64,000 nucleotides of DNA from Eledone cirrhosa (lineage: Eukaryota), in contig OZ024750.1 in assembly GCA_964016885.1 (NCBI GenBank), positions 45,136,001 to 45,200,000 of the forward strand, given 5' to 3'. Both the position numbers and the translations under genes were made by a program. Positions 29,590 through 44,851 of the stretch are shown here, piece after piece. Position 1 is the stretch's first letter. Every line of letters starts with the position of its first letter. The notes beneath the pieces were generated by a model, which saw only the letters and a list, made by a program, of their open reading frames with translations, did not search any database and was not told the origin of the DNA.

Positions 29590-29955
29590 TCGGCGAATTG
29601 GCAGAGTCATTACAACGTCCGATAAGAATGTTTTATGGTATGAGTTCAAATCCCGAGGAGGTCAACTTTGCCTTTCATCCTTTCGAGCTCGATGAATTAA
29701 GGACCAGTCTAGTACTGGGGTCGATTCTTCCTCTATATCTCTTTCTTATTTCTTCTCTCTCATTTTCTAGCTTTCTCTGGAAGAAATCTGGTGTACTCAG
29801 GCTTGGAGAGGTATGGGCTCCGCCAGGCTGAAGATACCCCCAAAAATGCGGCAAAGTTGACCTTCACGGGATTTGAACTCAAAGACGAGAGAGCCGGAAC
29901 GAATGCCATAAATCATTCTTATCCAACGTTCTAACGACTCTACCAATACGCCGCC
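29590..29955. mobile_element. Two older family 1 SINEs (+ 29590-29725; - 29850-29955)
   Basis: A/B boxes and ctttgcctttcatcc body. Confidence 0.7.
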
Positions 29956-30030
29956 TCGGTCATACTGATTATCACAGCAAAACCAATTCTTATGAAAGGG
30001 TGGTTTACATTGGAAAGCTAGTATTTTACA

Positions 30031-30246
30031 TTAACCCATTAGCCTTTACATTGCTCTATATATACTATTGTATTTTTATGGTAAACATTTCATCCCACAT
30101 AATATCGAATCTGTGAGATTTTGATATCATTTATTTTGAGAACAATACCTTAACATCAGTATGAGTGACTGGTTACAGCCAATTTGAACAGAAAGAGGTG
30201 AGAAAATTCTGGCCAGATATGGCCGGTTTAAAAGTTGAAGTGTTAA
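30031..30246 (+). mobile_element. piggyBac-type MITE (TTAA-flanked)
   Basis: TTAA|CCCATTAGC...AAGTG|TTAA; homologous to 39973-40203. Confidence 0.75.
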
Positions 30247-30529
30247 TGGATTCTACCCTCTATTTTACTTTGAGAAAACTTTCTTAGTTGTTGATGAGGT
30301 TATTGTTATTATAGTTCTTTCTCAGCAATAAAAATACGAAACAAAACCGACGCCACCACTTCGGCTTTCAGCATACTGTCATGGTGTACCTCAGACTGCA
30401 GGATGCAATGTGTCTTTTTCTTTACGGCAGTAAGTAGTATGTCGTTTTAGACATATTTGACTGCTATTTCTAACAGAGGACGACCACCTATAGGCTTATA
30501 ATTTCTCTCGAATATTTTTTAATAATCTG

Positions 30530-31090
30530 TAGTGGTGTTGCTAATGTTTGTAGCGTTGGTCTTGTTGTTTGTGGTGGTGGTGGTTGTGGTGGTGGTGGTT
30601 GTGGTGGTGGTGGTTGTGGTGGTGGTTCTGGTGGTGGCTGTGGAGGTGGTTGTGATGGTGGTGGTTGTGACGGCGGTGTTAGTGGTGGTGGTTGTGGAGG
30701 TGGTGTTAGTGGTGGTGGTTGTGGTGGTGGTCGTAGTGGTGGTGGTTGTGGAGGTGGTGGTTGTGTTAGTGGTGTTGGTTGTGGTGGTGGTGGTTGAGGC
30801 GGTGATGTTAGTGGTGGTGGTTGTGTTGGTGGCTGTGTTGGTGGTGTTAGCGGTGGTGGTTGTGGAAGTGGTGGCTGTGGAGGTGGTGTTTGTGTTGATG
30901 GTGTTAACGATGGTGTTGGTGGAGGTTGAATTAGTGGTGGTGGTTGTGGAGGTGGTGGTCGTGTTAGTGGTGTTGGTTGTGGAGGTGGTGTTATTGATGG
31001 TGGTTGTGGCGGTGGTGTTAGTGGTGGTGGTTGTGGCGGTGGTTGTCGTAGTGGTTGTGGAGGTGGTGTTAGTGTTAGTGGTGGTGGTTT
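30530..31090. repeat. (GGT/GTT)n compound repeat
   Basis: Direct inspection. Confidence 0.9.
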
Positions 31091-31556
31091 GAAAACATTT
31101 GGGAATGAAATTGGGCGTAATGAAAGGCGTGTTATAACCAACGCGACAACACCTTGTTTGTTTCACATCAAACATGAAACGAATCTACAAACTGAAGATT
31201 GTTTATCTGATAAGATTCACAGGAACAATGAATCGGATTCAATATGTTACTCTTTCCAAAATACTTTTATCTCATTCCATTTTCTTTGTTGGTATATACA
31301 TATATAATGTGTATAAACCAATGAAAGGATAAGAAAAACAAAGTGAAGTAGTAATTAATCAAACGCACAAACACCCACATGTATACATACATATACAGAC
31401 ACCAACACAAACAGGTATGCACATTCACAAGCAACCATATATATACACACATCTGAGTTCAGGAAATGACCCACTGTAAAAGCTGAAGCTCTTCTTCAAA
31501 CCATGTTCCCACGAATAACGGAGCACTACATATATATTGGACTACACACACACACA

Positions 31557-31845
<289 letters not shown>

Positions 31846-31957
31846 AGTATATATATATATATATATATATGTAAATGGTAAACAGAAATAACAACACAAT
31901 CGGTACAGTATATGGAACGAATATATTAGGTTAACGCTTGAAATAGCAGGAAGAGGG

Positions 31958-31993
31958 TCTTAACGTTTCGGACGCCAGTCCTTCGTCAGAAGA
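31958..31993 (-). ncRNA. Minimal type I hammerhead ribozyme
   Basis: TCTT-CTGACGA-AGGAC TGGC GTCC-GAAA-CG-TT-AAGA; helix III palindrome AACGTT; typical Penelope-like minimal HHR. Confidence 0.8.
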
Positions 31994-32127
31994 AAGAATC
32001 AGACATTAAATAGATTGAAGCAACGGGCAGAGTGGAATTGGAAAAAAATGGTTTTAGAGGAAAATAACAAGTCCATTCATGTTGGCATCGCTCGGAGGCT
32101 ATAATTAGTTGATTAAGGTTTATTTAA

Positions 32128-32180
32128 ATCTTCGTTATACATATTTCGTTTATGACTGTGAACTCTTCAGATGGCAAAAC
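32128..32180 (-). ncRNA. Degenerate hammerhead motif
   Basis: CTGAAGA-GTT...AAC-GAAA-TATG-TA; weak stem I. Confidence 0.45.
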
Positions 32181-32514
32181 CTATACAAATTTGAAAAATA
32201 TTGAAAGTTCCTAAAAAAATCATTAAATTTCAAAAACTTCCCCCAAAAGAATTGTCTGTTATTGATACAGCGGGACGACCGATCGATCACGTAGTAATGT
32301 TTCTTCGACTTCTGCCTTACCTTAATTTACCTTCACAAGCGAATATATGGTCCTATCTAGCATTTTACACTTCATTGAGTTACTAATTCATTTCATGTCA
32401 CACAGCTCTATACCAACCATAGTATTACAAAAAAAAAAATAATAATTTTTTATATTCTACTTAAATAATTCCTATTGCATTTTCAAGTTAATTTATTCTT
32501 CAATCACCAGCTTA

Positions 32515-32920
32515 ATAATTGGTTTCTATTTCAGGCAAAATGCCAGCAATTTGAAGTCTGAAGGGAAAGTCGATTAAATCGACCCCAGAGCGTTACTGGT
32601 GCTTTAATTTATCGACCCCGTACGGATGAATGGTTAAACAAACCTCGGCGAGATTTGAACTCAGAACGCAAAGGGCCGTAACTCTATCCCACAAAGCATG
32701 GTGCCCGGCACACTACCGATAGTAATCACAAATTTAGTTATATTATTCGGTAGAGGGTTGGACGCCATGCTTTGCAGCACAGTTACGTCCCTTTACGGAT
32801 TGGGTTCGAAATCCCGCCGAGGTTAACTTTGCCTTTCATCCTTACGGGGTCGATAAAATAAAGTACCAGTAATACACTGGTATAATTGCTGGCCTTGTGC
32901 CAAAAAGTAGAAACAATTAT
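32515..32920. mobile_element. Two divergently oriented family 1 SINEs (- 32515-32720; + 32747-32920)
   Basis: Sequence match to the family. Confidence 0.85.
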
Positions 32921-33860
32921 TACATTTCTCCAATTTCTGAATTATTTAAATAAAAATTAAGTGTAATTCAATAAAGGAAGGAAAATGGAAATGTACTTAT
33001 ATTTATCTAAAATTCCTCCATCATAATGTTATGTAAAGACTTTGTTAACGTATGTTCCAAATACCAGATTAATAAATATAAATGTAGTTATATCGTTAAA
33101 CCCCTTCAAATTCTTGATTTATTTCACATTTATTTGAAAATCATAGGCCATAGATTTCATGAGAAATTTGGTAACGAAGGAGTTGAAGCGGACTGCTGAC
33201 TGGTGAGGGGAAACTGTATGGAAAGCAGAGGACCGCCTATTACTCACCAGAACATCTGCCATTAACAGTCAGTCACTACTCTCTGACAACATAGAGGGGA
33301 GGGGCGCTCTTGTTGGAGATGAGGGTTGTAGTGGTGATGGCGGCAACAAGGGAGTGCTCTTGTTGGGGATGAGGATGGTAGTGGTGGAGGTGGGGGCAAC
33401 AGCAAAGTCAAATAGGGATATAATTTGCAGCGTGGATCTGTGTCTGTGTGTTTGTGAATGTGTACACGTGTAACTGTGTGTTCGTATGTGTATCTTTGTT
33501 TTAGTGTACCGTGTATGTCTCTTTAATCTGCGGTGTGTGGGTTTCGGAGTGTATTTTCGCGCATTTTCCTTTCGCATGTTACATAAGTATATATATATAT
33601 ATATATACACGCACACACACACACGTACACCTACACACATACATAAACACCACCTTCAGCCCTCCCCGTTGGGTCACGCCGCCTTCCTCTCCCTATTCAA
33701 CCCGCCACCACCCCCACACGCCTCACACCCTTCCACCACTTGTTTATCTTTATTTTTATTTTTATTTTTATTTGTACCCCTTCCACCATTTTTTCTCCTC
33801 CCCCCTTTTTTTCTAAATGTTTCACCACACACCCTCGGAACTCTCTTCCTTCCCACTTTT

Positions 33861-33893
33861 CTCCTGAAGAAGGGCTTATGCCCGAAACGTCGA
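33861..33893 (+). ncRNA. Minimal hammerhead ribozyme
   Basis: TC-CTGAAGA-AGGGC TTAT GCCC-GAAA-CG-TC-GA; intact core, GUC triplet, only 2-bp stem I retained. Confidence 0.65.
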
Positions 33894-34037
33894 CCCCAAC
33901 CCTCGTGTGTCTGTGTGTGTGTGTGCGTGTGTGTGTGTGTGTGTTATATTTAAAACAGAAAACCAAAAAACAACAATGAAGCGAAGAAGCAGTACAAAAT
34001 GTTAATATTAGGTTCACACTTCACAGTTGAGGGGTGG

Positions 34038-34110
34038 AGGCTTGTACAGGAAGCCATGGCTTCCTGATGATTTCTACCAAATGAAACAGTCCTAGTCCTG
34101 TAGAAGCCTT
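34038..34110 (+). ncRNA. Hammerhead-like motif
   Basis: CTGATGA-TTTCTACCAAAT-GAAA-CAG-TC with distal stem AGGCTT..TACAGGA/TCCTGTA..AAGCCT; proximal stem I damaged. Confidence 0.5.
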
Positions 34111-34594
34111 TCTATATTAAATATTTATACTCTGCTATGTATTGAGTACCTTACTTACTGCGGTTACCCCCGATTGAACCCGGGATATATATATATATAT
34201 ATAATCAAAGATTAATATGGTTCGTTGATTAATCAACGAATACAATTTTACAATAGATTCGAAACACTCGACAAAGTATTTTCCTGGAGTATTTATTATT
34301 ATTTTAAATGTTAATAAATGAAAAATATTCTCATAATCAAAATATATATTTGTATAAAATATATATTTTGATTATGAGAATATTTTTCATTTGTTAACAT
34401 TTTGAATAATATATATATACACATATATACACACATACTATCTCTTTCTCTCTTTCTCTCTTTCTCTCTTTCTCTCCTTCTCTCTTTCTCTCTCTCTCTC
34501 TCTTTCTCTCTCACACACACACACATACATACACACACACATACATACACACACACACACATACATACATACATACATACATACATACATACAT

Positions 34595-34625
<31 letters not shown>

Positions 34626-34906
34626 TATATCTTTGTGTGTGTGTGTGAATGTGTTGTTTGTCTATTATTTCGCTCCAGTGTTATATTCTTCCAATAGAAA
34701 TAAGAATCACGTTGTTTCAAACTTAACCCCACCTATATATGGGGAGTTGTGTATGTGTTGGTATTTATGTATGTATATGCACATATATACACACACATAT
34801 ATATATATATATAAATACATGCGTATAAATATATGTATATATATAATATGTGTATACATAGCTCCAATCAAGAAGTCATACAGTGAATATCATACTACCG
34901 TGACCA

Positions 34907-35251
34907 TGCTTAGGGTAGTAGAGTGGGTAATAGGAACAAGTATGACCCCGACGGCAGAGCTCAAGCCAGAATTAGCCGTCGAAACGGCTTGAGCTCTGAC
35001 GTCGGGGTCATACTTGTTCATATATATATATATATATATATATATAACGAAGGAAATGTGGCAAGGAACCAGGTGGACCGTAACGCAGCAAAGAACTCAA
35101 TACTTAGGGTAATATAGTGGGTAATAGAAACGAGTAGGACCCCGACGGCTGAGCTCAAGCCGTTTCGACGGCTAATTTTAGTCCATTTTAATTTTAGCCC
35201 AGAATTAGCCGTCGAAACGGCTTGAGCTCAGCCGTCGGGGTCCTACTCGTT

Positions 35252-35254
<3 letters not shown>
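34907..35254. mobile_element. Two adjacent family B fold-back elements (34907-35020; 35046-35254)
   Basis: Inverted ccccgacggc.gagctcaagcc / ggcttgagctc.gccgtcgggg arms; (TA)n between and after. Confidence 0.85.
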
Positions 35255-35343
<89 letters not shown>

Positions 35344-35350
35344 ATATGTA

Positions 35351-35491
<141 letters not shown>

Positions 35492-35522
35492 ATATATATA
35501 TATATATATAAATATATATATA

Positions 35523-35605
<83 letters not shown>

Positions 35606-35608
<3 letters not shown>

Positions 35609-35935
35609 ATATAAGATCAAAAGATGGTTAAAGGAGTTCAATATATTTTATTATGCGCATTTCAAAAACAAACATCATCAAACAATAATATTTGTGTTTT
35701 CATCAGATAAAACAGGAGAACATGATATGAAGGCTAAAAAAACACTTGTTGATAGTGCAGTTTTAAATCAACATATTTGATGATGTTTGTTTTTGAAATG
35801 CGCATAATAAAATATATTGAACTCCTTTAACCATCTTTTGATCTTATATTATGCATACTCCAGTCCCACAAACTGTAGAGTGCTTCTTATCCGATATCTG
35901 CATTGCTTTATTGTACTACAATAAAACTCACCTCC
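35606..35935 (-). mobile_element. Inverted-repeat element with an intact hammerhead (35644-35714)
   Basis: TGTTTTAT-CTGATGA-AAACACAAATATTATT..GATGATGTTTGTTTTT-GAAA-TGCGCA-TA-ATAAAATA; 77-bp inverted arms 35606-35682/35776-35852. Confidence 0.82.
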
Positions 35936-36346
35936 TACATATATATTTATATATATATAGACATATATATATATCTCACACAAGAAGAAACTGCTGAATA
36001 ACAGAATTGAACGAACATTATTCTGCCGTCACAGAACTAAAACCCTTTTTTCCCACTACAAGCCGAATATTACATAAAAGAGGGACATCCCCCAACTATA
36101 TAAACCTTAATCTAGTTAGAAAAATATAAAAACAATCTCTTCTCAACATATATTAATAACCTTAAATTACCACACTAATAATGGAAAGATATGCTGATGA
36201 GAATAGGTGCAAATATGCGATAATGAATGTGTCTAAAAACGTCCATAAGTATGTATATATATGTGAAAATGTATATAAATAAGTAAATATATATATATGT
36301 TTGATGTGTATAGTTAGATGTAAGTGTATTCATGTATTAAAGTGCT

Positions 36347-36394
<48 letters not shown>

Positions 36395-36957
36395 GTATGT
36401 ATATATGTGTATATAGATGTGTATGTATGTGTATGTGTGTACACTTGGACTAGAGTATGTATGTATATATGTGTGTGTCTATACGTGTGTATATAAAGAT
36501 AAGTTGAGTATGAAAATGTATACACATGAGCGCGTATGTATGTACATGAATACATGTGTGTATATATATGTGTATGCATGTGTATATATATGTAAGTATG
36601 AATATGTGAATTGTGAGTATATGTATTTTGTAGAGGTGTGCAAATATATTTGTGTGTGAATGCGTGGGTGAAAGGATACGTACACTTGAAAGAAAAATTT
36701 AAGTCTGAATGTTAATTAAGTGCAAACACAAAACCAACCACGCATATCTTTACTATCTCTAATCCTTCTATAGATTTAGAAAAATAACCAATAATATATT
36801 CTATAAAAAATGTCAAAACAACAGATGGGAATCTAATTACTCACTGCCACCAAGAATTCTCACTGCTATCGAAACCCACTCCTTCAACTATTCTTCTAAC
36901 AACTTCACCCCTCCCTCCTAATATTCTCTATAAAAACTAAATAGGTCCTCAGTAATA

Positions 36958-37077
36958 TTATTCTGATGAAATGACAGTAAATAATAACATTGAAATATTG
37001 AATGTCTGCATAACTAAAAGTTTGTAGATAGCAGCTGTTTTAGGTTATGTAACTGTTATAGAAACACGTGTCAATAA
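36958..37077 (+). ncRNA. Hammerhead ribozyme with long branched stem II
   Basis: TTATT-CTGATGA-A ATGACAGT...ACTGTTAT A-GAAA-CACGTG-TC-AATAA; GUC triplet; helix III palindrome ACACGTGT. Confidence 0.75.
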
Positions 37078-37549
37078 ATTCCTTTCAACTAAACTGTATC
37101 CATTCAAATCTTTCTATATATATATAGTCATATAAGACAGAGACAAAAGTAAATAAATTAATAAATAAAATAAAAATGGTGTAAACAATACAATACAATA
37201 GGAGGGAACATGATAATAGTACCACTGATGAATAGTTGCAGATGTGCAACGAGAGAACTTTGATAGAATATATATATAAATATTTATATCTGTATTTTAA
37301 CTGATGGTCAATCAATGTTAAACATTGATTGCCAAATAAATTAACTATGGAGATATAAAAGATACAGAAGCGAAAACCAACCAAACAGTGAGTGTGTTCT
37401 GTTATTATTTCTGGCTATATTATAACAATATGACCCTCCCCAAGTATAACAATATATATATATATAAATTAATAAAAACAATGAAATATAAACAAAGAAC
37501 ACTACCGTATATTTTGTTAGATTTATCACTCTCTCTCTCTATATATATA

Positions 37550-37622
<73 letters not shown>

Positions 37623-37736
37623 TACTGTTCCCTTGTACGACACTGTACAACGTGTTCTGTTTTATGTAAGAGTGTAAGTTCTCATATGAGGTTAAATTTG
37701 GTTTATATTTCTATCGGGTTCGCTGATCCCGTAGAA

Positions 37737-38065
37737 CAGAGATTCTGAAAGTTTTAAGGCCACCACCTCATCATGGCCAAGTAATACCCTCAGTACACCG
37801 CTCCACCCGTATTTGAAGAGAGACCTGTCTACACGTTAATTGTAAATAATATATAACAAATAAAAACGTTAATTTATATATAATAAATAATATAGTATAT
37901 ACTATGTATAAACAAATATTATATATTTTTTATTTTACCAAATATATATATATTATGTATCATTTGATATTTAATATACAATTACATAATCTGTACCTCC
38001 CCCGACTGACTTTCTCAATTACCCCCCACCCCCCGCGACGGGAGGTGGCGCTTTGAGAACCTCTG
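37737..38065. mobile_element. hAT (Charlie-like) MITE
   Basis: TIRs CAGAGATTCTGAAAG / CTTTGAGAACCTCTG; 8-bp TSD CCGTAGAA/CCGTAGAG (7 of 8). Confidence 0.7.
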
Positions 38066-38719
38066 CCGTAGAGGATCCCTCTTTCAAGTGCTGTAAGTCT
38101 GATATTGCGAGAGTCTCCGTGTATCAGGTTTCGCGACTAGAGTCAACATGGTTGAATGGTTAAGAGGTTCCTTCAGCAATCCATATGTCCTGAGTTCGCT
38201 GCCAATATTTGACACCTTGGTGAGATTATCGTTACTCGTAGCCTTCGGTCACCTCAGATAGAAACTACGGGTATGATAGTCTAATGTATTATACCAGTAA
38301 TTCTAACGGGAGCATACATAACGCACTTTACCACATTGATTTCACTACGGAATATATTTAACGGAAACATGAATGTGGAATATTTGGTATGTTCCGTTGA
38401 ATATACGAAGAGGAAACCTCTATCGTAAGAACAATCCAGAATGTGTGTATGTGTGTGTGTCTCTCTCTCTCTCTGTGATGTATGTGTTTGTGTCTGTGTG
38501 TGTGTATGTGTGTGTATGTTTCTAATTGTCTTTATACCAAAGTCATTAGCCAAAAACGATTTTGCTCATCGCAATCCGGTTTATTCTTTAATCGTTTATT
38601 TACACACGCTCACACACACACACATATATATATATATGTGTGTGTATATATATATGTGTGTGTGTATATATATGTATATATGTATGTATGCATATATATA
38701 TATATACACACACACACAC

Positions 38720-38837
<118 letters not shown>

Positions 38838-39388
38838 CCAAAATAAGGAAAGAATGAGCTATGAATTGAATAAAGTATATATATATATATATATGCATGT
38901 AAGTGTGTGGATATATAAACATATATGTGTGTATGTGTGTGTATGTGTACATATAATTTTTTTTTAAATATTTACCAGTGAATACAGAGAAAACAACAAC
39001 AATAAGAAACAAGACACTAGATACAATAAAACAAACAAAATAGATCAAAATGTCTCCCTTTCATATATTTCTTCGTCTGTTTATTTTCACTTATTATTTT
39101 TGAAAAAAAAAATCTTTGGCCGATAACTCCGATAGCATCGGTGTTATTTTAACACCCAAACCAATAATTTCTCTGATGAATAACTGTCGCTTTTTCTTCT
39201 TCCCAATCTCTCATTCTCTCTCACTCTTTCTTTCTCACTATATCTCTCGGTCGTCTGCTTTCATTCCTTCTCTCTTTCCATTTGATGAAATCTCTGTCTT
39301 TCTTTTATGCTTTCAGGATTTCTTTTATTTGATCCTTCTTTCCTCTTCTCTTTCAAATTTTCTGTCTCCCTCGCTTCGTGTTCCTGTC

Positions 39389-39456
<68 letters not shown>

Positions 39457-39469
39457 TCTCGCTCTCTCT

Positions 39470-39515
<46 letters not shown>

Positions 39516-39583
39516 ATATATATATATACGCACATATATATCTCTCTCTCTATATATATATATACATACATACATATATATAA

Positions 39584-39721
39584 GGCTGGATGTATATATG
39601 TATCTGTCGCTTCTTACGCTCCAATAAACCGATCATTTTACTTCAAAATTCCCTATAGGTGACATCTTCGTACAACTAATGCAGTAATGCAGCAGCTAAA
39701 GTTGGCTGACTGGTTGTTTAG
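39584..39721 (+). repeat. Family L repeat (copies also at 40801-40930 on - and 42266-42403 on +)
   Basis: ggctggatg...acgctccaataaaccgatc...ctgactggttgtttag occurs three times within 3 kb. Confidence 0.8.
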
Positions 39722-39972
39722 TGAATTGGTCGTCCATACACAAACAGATGGCGGCTAGCGTAAGGTGTGAAGTACTACCAGACATAAGGGTAGTTGAACG
39801 AGAGGAGTGATATATAGAAGTAGTGGAGTGAAGTCATATTAACAATGAAGAAATATATAGTTATATTCACTACATTGATATATTACAAAACATGGCTTCT
39901 CTTTGTTTTCGCGCTTCTGTCGTTTAACATTTTCGTGGCCATATTGGTAAGGAAATTTACTTCTAATTATTT

Positions 39973-40203
39973 TTAACCATTTAGCATTTACATTACTCTA
40001 TATATATACTATTGTATTGTCACAGTAACTGCTTTACCTCACATGATTATCTCACATAATATCGAATCTATGAGATTTTTATATTATTTATTTTGAGAAC
40101 AATACCTTAACATCAATATGATCGGCCAGTTACGGCCAGTTTGAACAGAAAGAGGTGGAAAGATTCTGGCCGGATATGGCCGGTTTAAATGCTAAAGGGT
40201 TAA
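39973..40203 (+). mobile_element. piggyBac-type MITE
   Basis: TTAA TSDs; TIRs CCATTTAGCATTTA / TAAATGCTAAAGGG. Confidence 0.85.
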
Positions 40204-40469
40204 ATCAAAACTTTTTAGGTGTTTTGTAATATAAATGTTATTCTTATTATTTAGAAAGTCTTCGGAGCATAGCTTAGCAGAGGTTTTTATATCAAAGAAT
40301 TTTGAAAGCTCTTTAGATAAATATAAACACTTTAAAATAAACAGCTTTGTATCGATAAAAATCTGTTTATTTCATCAGCGTAAAAACACTGACTGTTATT
40401 TCCAAATCATCTTGCAAATCATAAAATATTTAGTGGGAGTCAGTAATATTACAGAATAGTCAGTAATAT

Positions 40470-40791
<322 letters not shown>

Positions 40792-40927
40792 CATATATAT
40801 AACAACCAGTCACCTAACTCTAGCTGCTGTATTACTGCAATTACTGCATTAGTTGTACGAAGATATCACCTATTGAAGTAAATGATCGTTTATTGGAGCG
40901 TCAGAGGCGTCAGATACATATAAACAT

Positions 40928-41045
<118 letters not shown>

Positions 41046-41129
41046 ATATATGTATATATTATATATATATATATATGTATATATTATATATATATATATA
41101 TATATGTATATATTATATATATATATATA

Positions 41130-41171
<42 letters not shown>

Positions 41172-41189
41172 ATATATTATATATATATA

Positions 41190-41229
<40 letters not shown>

Positions 41230-41764
41230 TATATATATATGTATATATATATATATAAATATATATATATATTTAATACAATAACAGAGATAGTTTAAAG
41301 CTAAACTCTGACTGGTAACCATCTCACTCAACAAACATTAGGTTATATTAAACTATAAACCCAATTTAAGTGTTTGGGTGCTAACAATATGTATAATGTG
41401 GAAAAACCAGTTGTAGTATTTTTTGAGATATAATTAAAGTTAAATTATATGTCTCTTTCCAAACAATTGTTTCATTATAAGTTTTCTACAAGTTTGGGAG
41501 AATGTTTCCAGTTTATGTAGAAGCCTAATATATATTCATGTAAGAATATATTTAGATGGGCACTTATAAATCATCAGTGGAAGCCCTTTAAACATTGATA
41601 TAAGAAAACAATTTCTTACTGCTGTCAAAAATCATGTCCGTAAAGTTACTCTCTCTGACCTCGAATGACCGCCAAATTTGAAATTCCAGCAGTTTTTGAC
41701 TGAGGAAGTATCATAGCGACACGAAGCGGGAAGGGGAGACAACTCACGAAATGAGGGAAAAAAT

Positions 41765-42265
41765 AATATACACGCGGGTTAATTAGTTTTTTTGAAAACA
41801 TTATCAATCCAACATGTTTAAGAACTCAATTGAAAATAAAAAATGAATATATGCTTGTATAAATTACACACGCATATAGATATTTTCTTAGGCTAAATCA
41901 GAAGTTGTACCCGAATAAGAACCGCTTCTCATAACCGCAGTAAATGCAGAAAGTTATGCTATAAAGGGCAAATGGGAATATAATTCTCCGGCCGAATTAT
42001 TAAGAGTAAAATATAAAACACACGCGGGTTAATTAGTTATTTCTAAACCAATATTAATCCCTCGTGTAAAGAACTCAATTAATAAAAGAAAATAAATACA
42101 TATATGCCCGTAATTATATACGTAGGCATATACATAAATATTTTCCTAAGCTAAAAAACAGAGAAGTTACCCCCCCCCCCCCCCCAAAAAAAAAGCAACA
42201 ATATTTCACAACAGTAATAAATACGGAAAGTCAAATTCATAAGGTACCTGGAAATAAACACCTCT
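41765..42265. repeat. Diverged ~250-bp tandem dimer
   Basis: cacgcgggttaattagtt...aagaactcaatt...atattttc.ta.gctaaa at ~41771 and ~42021. Confidence 0.7.
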
Positions 42266-42442
42266 GGCTGGATGTTTATATGTATCTGTCGCTTCATACG
42301 CTCCAATAAACCGATCATTTTACTTCAAAATTCCCTATAAGTGACATCTTCGTACAACTAATGCAGTAATACAGCAGCTAGAGTTAGCTGACTGGTTGTT
42401 TAGATACTGAAAATCCACTGCCATAAAAGAAAACTTAGCACA

Positions 42443-42515
42443 TGGAGAATCCGTACACCGATCCCAGTTCCTCTCTCATGCTAAGAGAGTGCTCTACCGT
42501 CTGAGCTAATTCTCC
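42443..42515 (-). pseudogene. tRNA-Ala(AGC) pseudogene / tRNA-like copy
   Basis: GGAGAATTAGCTCAGACGGTAGAGCACTCTCTTAGCATGAGAGAGGAACTGGGATCGGTGTACGGATTCTCCA. Acceptor, D and anticodon stems pair, anticodon AGC; T-stem mismatched; G3:U70 alanine identity replaced by A-U. Confidence 0.8.
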
Positions 42516-42526
42516 TCACAAGAGTC

Positions 42527-43295
42527 AATAATAATTGTTTCTACTCTTGGCACAAGGCCAGCCATTACCCAGTGTATTACTGCTACTTTAATTTATCGAC
42601 CCCGTAAAGATGAAATGCAAAGTTAACCTCGGCGGGATTTGAATTCAGAATGGCAAGGGCCATAACACTATGCGTCAAAGCATGGCGTCCGACCCTCAAC
42701 CGATACTGCCAATCAATGATAATTGTTTCTACTTTTGGCACAAGGCCATCAATTATCCCATTGTATTACTGGTACTTTATTTTATCGACTCCCGTAAAGA
42801 TGAAAGGCAAAGTTAACCTCGGCGGGATTTGAACTGAGAATGGCAAGGGCCGTAACTCTATGCGTCAAAGCATGGCGCCCGACCCTCAAGCGATACTGCC
42901 AATCAATGATAATTGTTTCTACTTTTGGCACAAGGCCAGCAATTAAACCAGTGTATTACTGGTACTTTATTTTATCGACTCCCGTAAAGATGAAAGGCAA
43001 AGTTAACCTCGGCGGGATTTGAACTCAGGCCGCAAAGGGACGTAACTATGCTGGAAAGCATGGCGTCCGACCGTCTACCGATACTGCCAATCCACCGCCA
43101 TACACCCAATCAATAATAATTGTTTCTACTTTTAGGCACAAGGCCAGCAATTACCCAGTGCATTACTGGTACTTTATTTTATCGACCCCGTAAGGATGAA
43201 AGGCAAAGTCAACCTCGGCGGGATTTGAACTCAGATCGTAAAGGGACGTAACTATGCTGGAAAGCATGGTGTCCGACCCTCTACCGATACTGCCA
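42527..43295 (-). mobile_element. Four head-to-tail young family 1 SINEs (~190-bp period)
   Basis: Copies at ~42527, 42715, 42905, 43112. Confidence 0.9.
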
Positions 43296-43750
43296 TGCTG
43301 AATAATCAGTAATATTACGGAATCCAACTAACTAATTTATGATTTATAAAATGATATAAAAATAATATTCGGCGTCTTTAATTAAAAATACGGCAATGAA
43401 ATGAGTAAGTCAGGTTTATGGTATATTGAAACAGCGGTGGCACCTAAGGAAATATGATCAACAATGTCTAATCTATTCTCTATTCCAAATGAAATGTTAC
43501 AAAAGACTTTCCTGAAAGCATTGTTTGCCTTATTTCAATATAACATTTACTGATAATTTTTCTAACTTACATAACTCAGATTCTTGTCGCAACATAATTT
43601 TGTAGAATAGATAATCAATTAATTGAGTCTATAATTAAAAAAGCTGCTTCGATGTATATATATATGTGTGTATATATATATATAGATATAGATATATATA
43701 TATACATATATATATATAAAGACAGACACACACACATATATGGATAAACT

Positions 43751-43813
<63 letters not shown>

Positions 43814-44086
43814 GTATGTTTATCAATATATGTGCGTGTGTCTGTCTTTAAATATATATATATTATATATATATATATACACACATATCTATCTATCTAT
43901 ATATATATATACACACACATATATATATATAAACACATACAAAAATACGTGCATATATACATAAGTATGTGTGTAGGTATATATATGAGTGTGTGTGTAT
44001 GTATGAATATTAAAACGAATATATCTGTGTAAATTTGTCTACAGTGTTTTGTTTGTTACATTCATTAACTAAATATATACATATAT

Positions 44087-44173
<87 letters not shown>

Positions 44174-44751
44174 TTTGTGTGTATGTGTATGCGTACAGTC
44201 ATCCGCAGCCACATTTTAACATGTATACATTCATACAACCATATATATACACACAAACATCTTGCCGATATTTAGTAACTTCTTATAAAACAAAATCATA
44301 TACAAGTATAATAAATCTTTTTAAACATTTATATTTCATTCCATCAACGAAGTAAAAACAGTTTCTCTAATGTAGAAGAATAATTATTTTATTACTCCAC
44401 TGTCATTAACAATTTTGCTAGCAAATATTTCTCTCTTACTTCACTAATCAATAGCTATTTAAATCTCCCATACAATTAATCTATTACATATAGTCATCAT
44501 CGCATTCAAACTCAACAATCTAAAGTAATGATGAATAAATTTCAAATTATTTAATTTTAATCAAAATCAGAGTAATAATTGTCTCCCATACCCCCCCCAA
44601 CCCCCCAACCCCCACACACACATATCCCTCCCAATAATATTTTATTCTCAGAACACTAAGAGAGAATTTCTGTTTAATTGTGTAATACAGATGGTCGAAA
44701 ATATATTCAAACATTTATGTATCTTTAAATATTATTTGCGAAGATTTAAGA

Positions 44752-44816
<65 letters not shown>

Positions 44817-44818
44817 AG

Positions 44819-44851
<33 letters not shown>

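Noticed and set aside
30488-31175. Pro-rich/Thr-rich mucin- or extensin-like ORFs
   Set aside because: (GGT/GTT)n simple repeat; no gene context.
36680-36800. Possible GIY-YIG C-terminal remnant upstream of the 36958 ribozyme
   Set aside because: Only a weak RKI..MLIK resemblance with stops; cannot be supported without a search.
44650-44710. Possible hammerhead (ctaagaga...acagatggtcGAAA)
   Set aside because: Core and stem I too degenerate to call.
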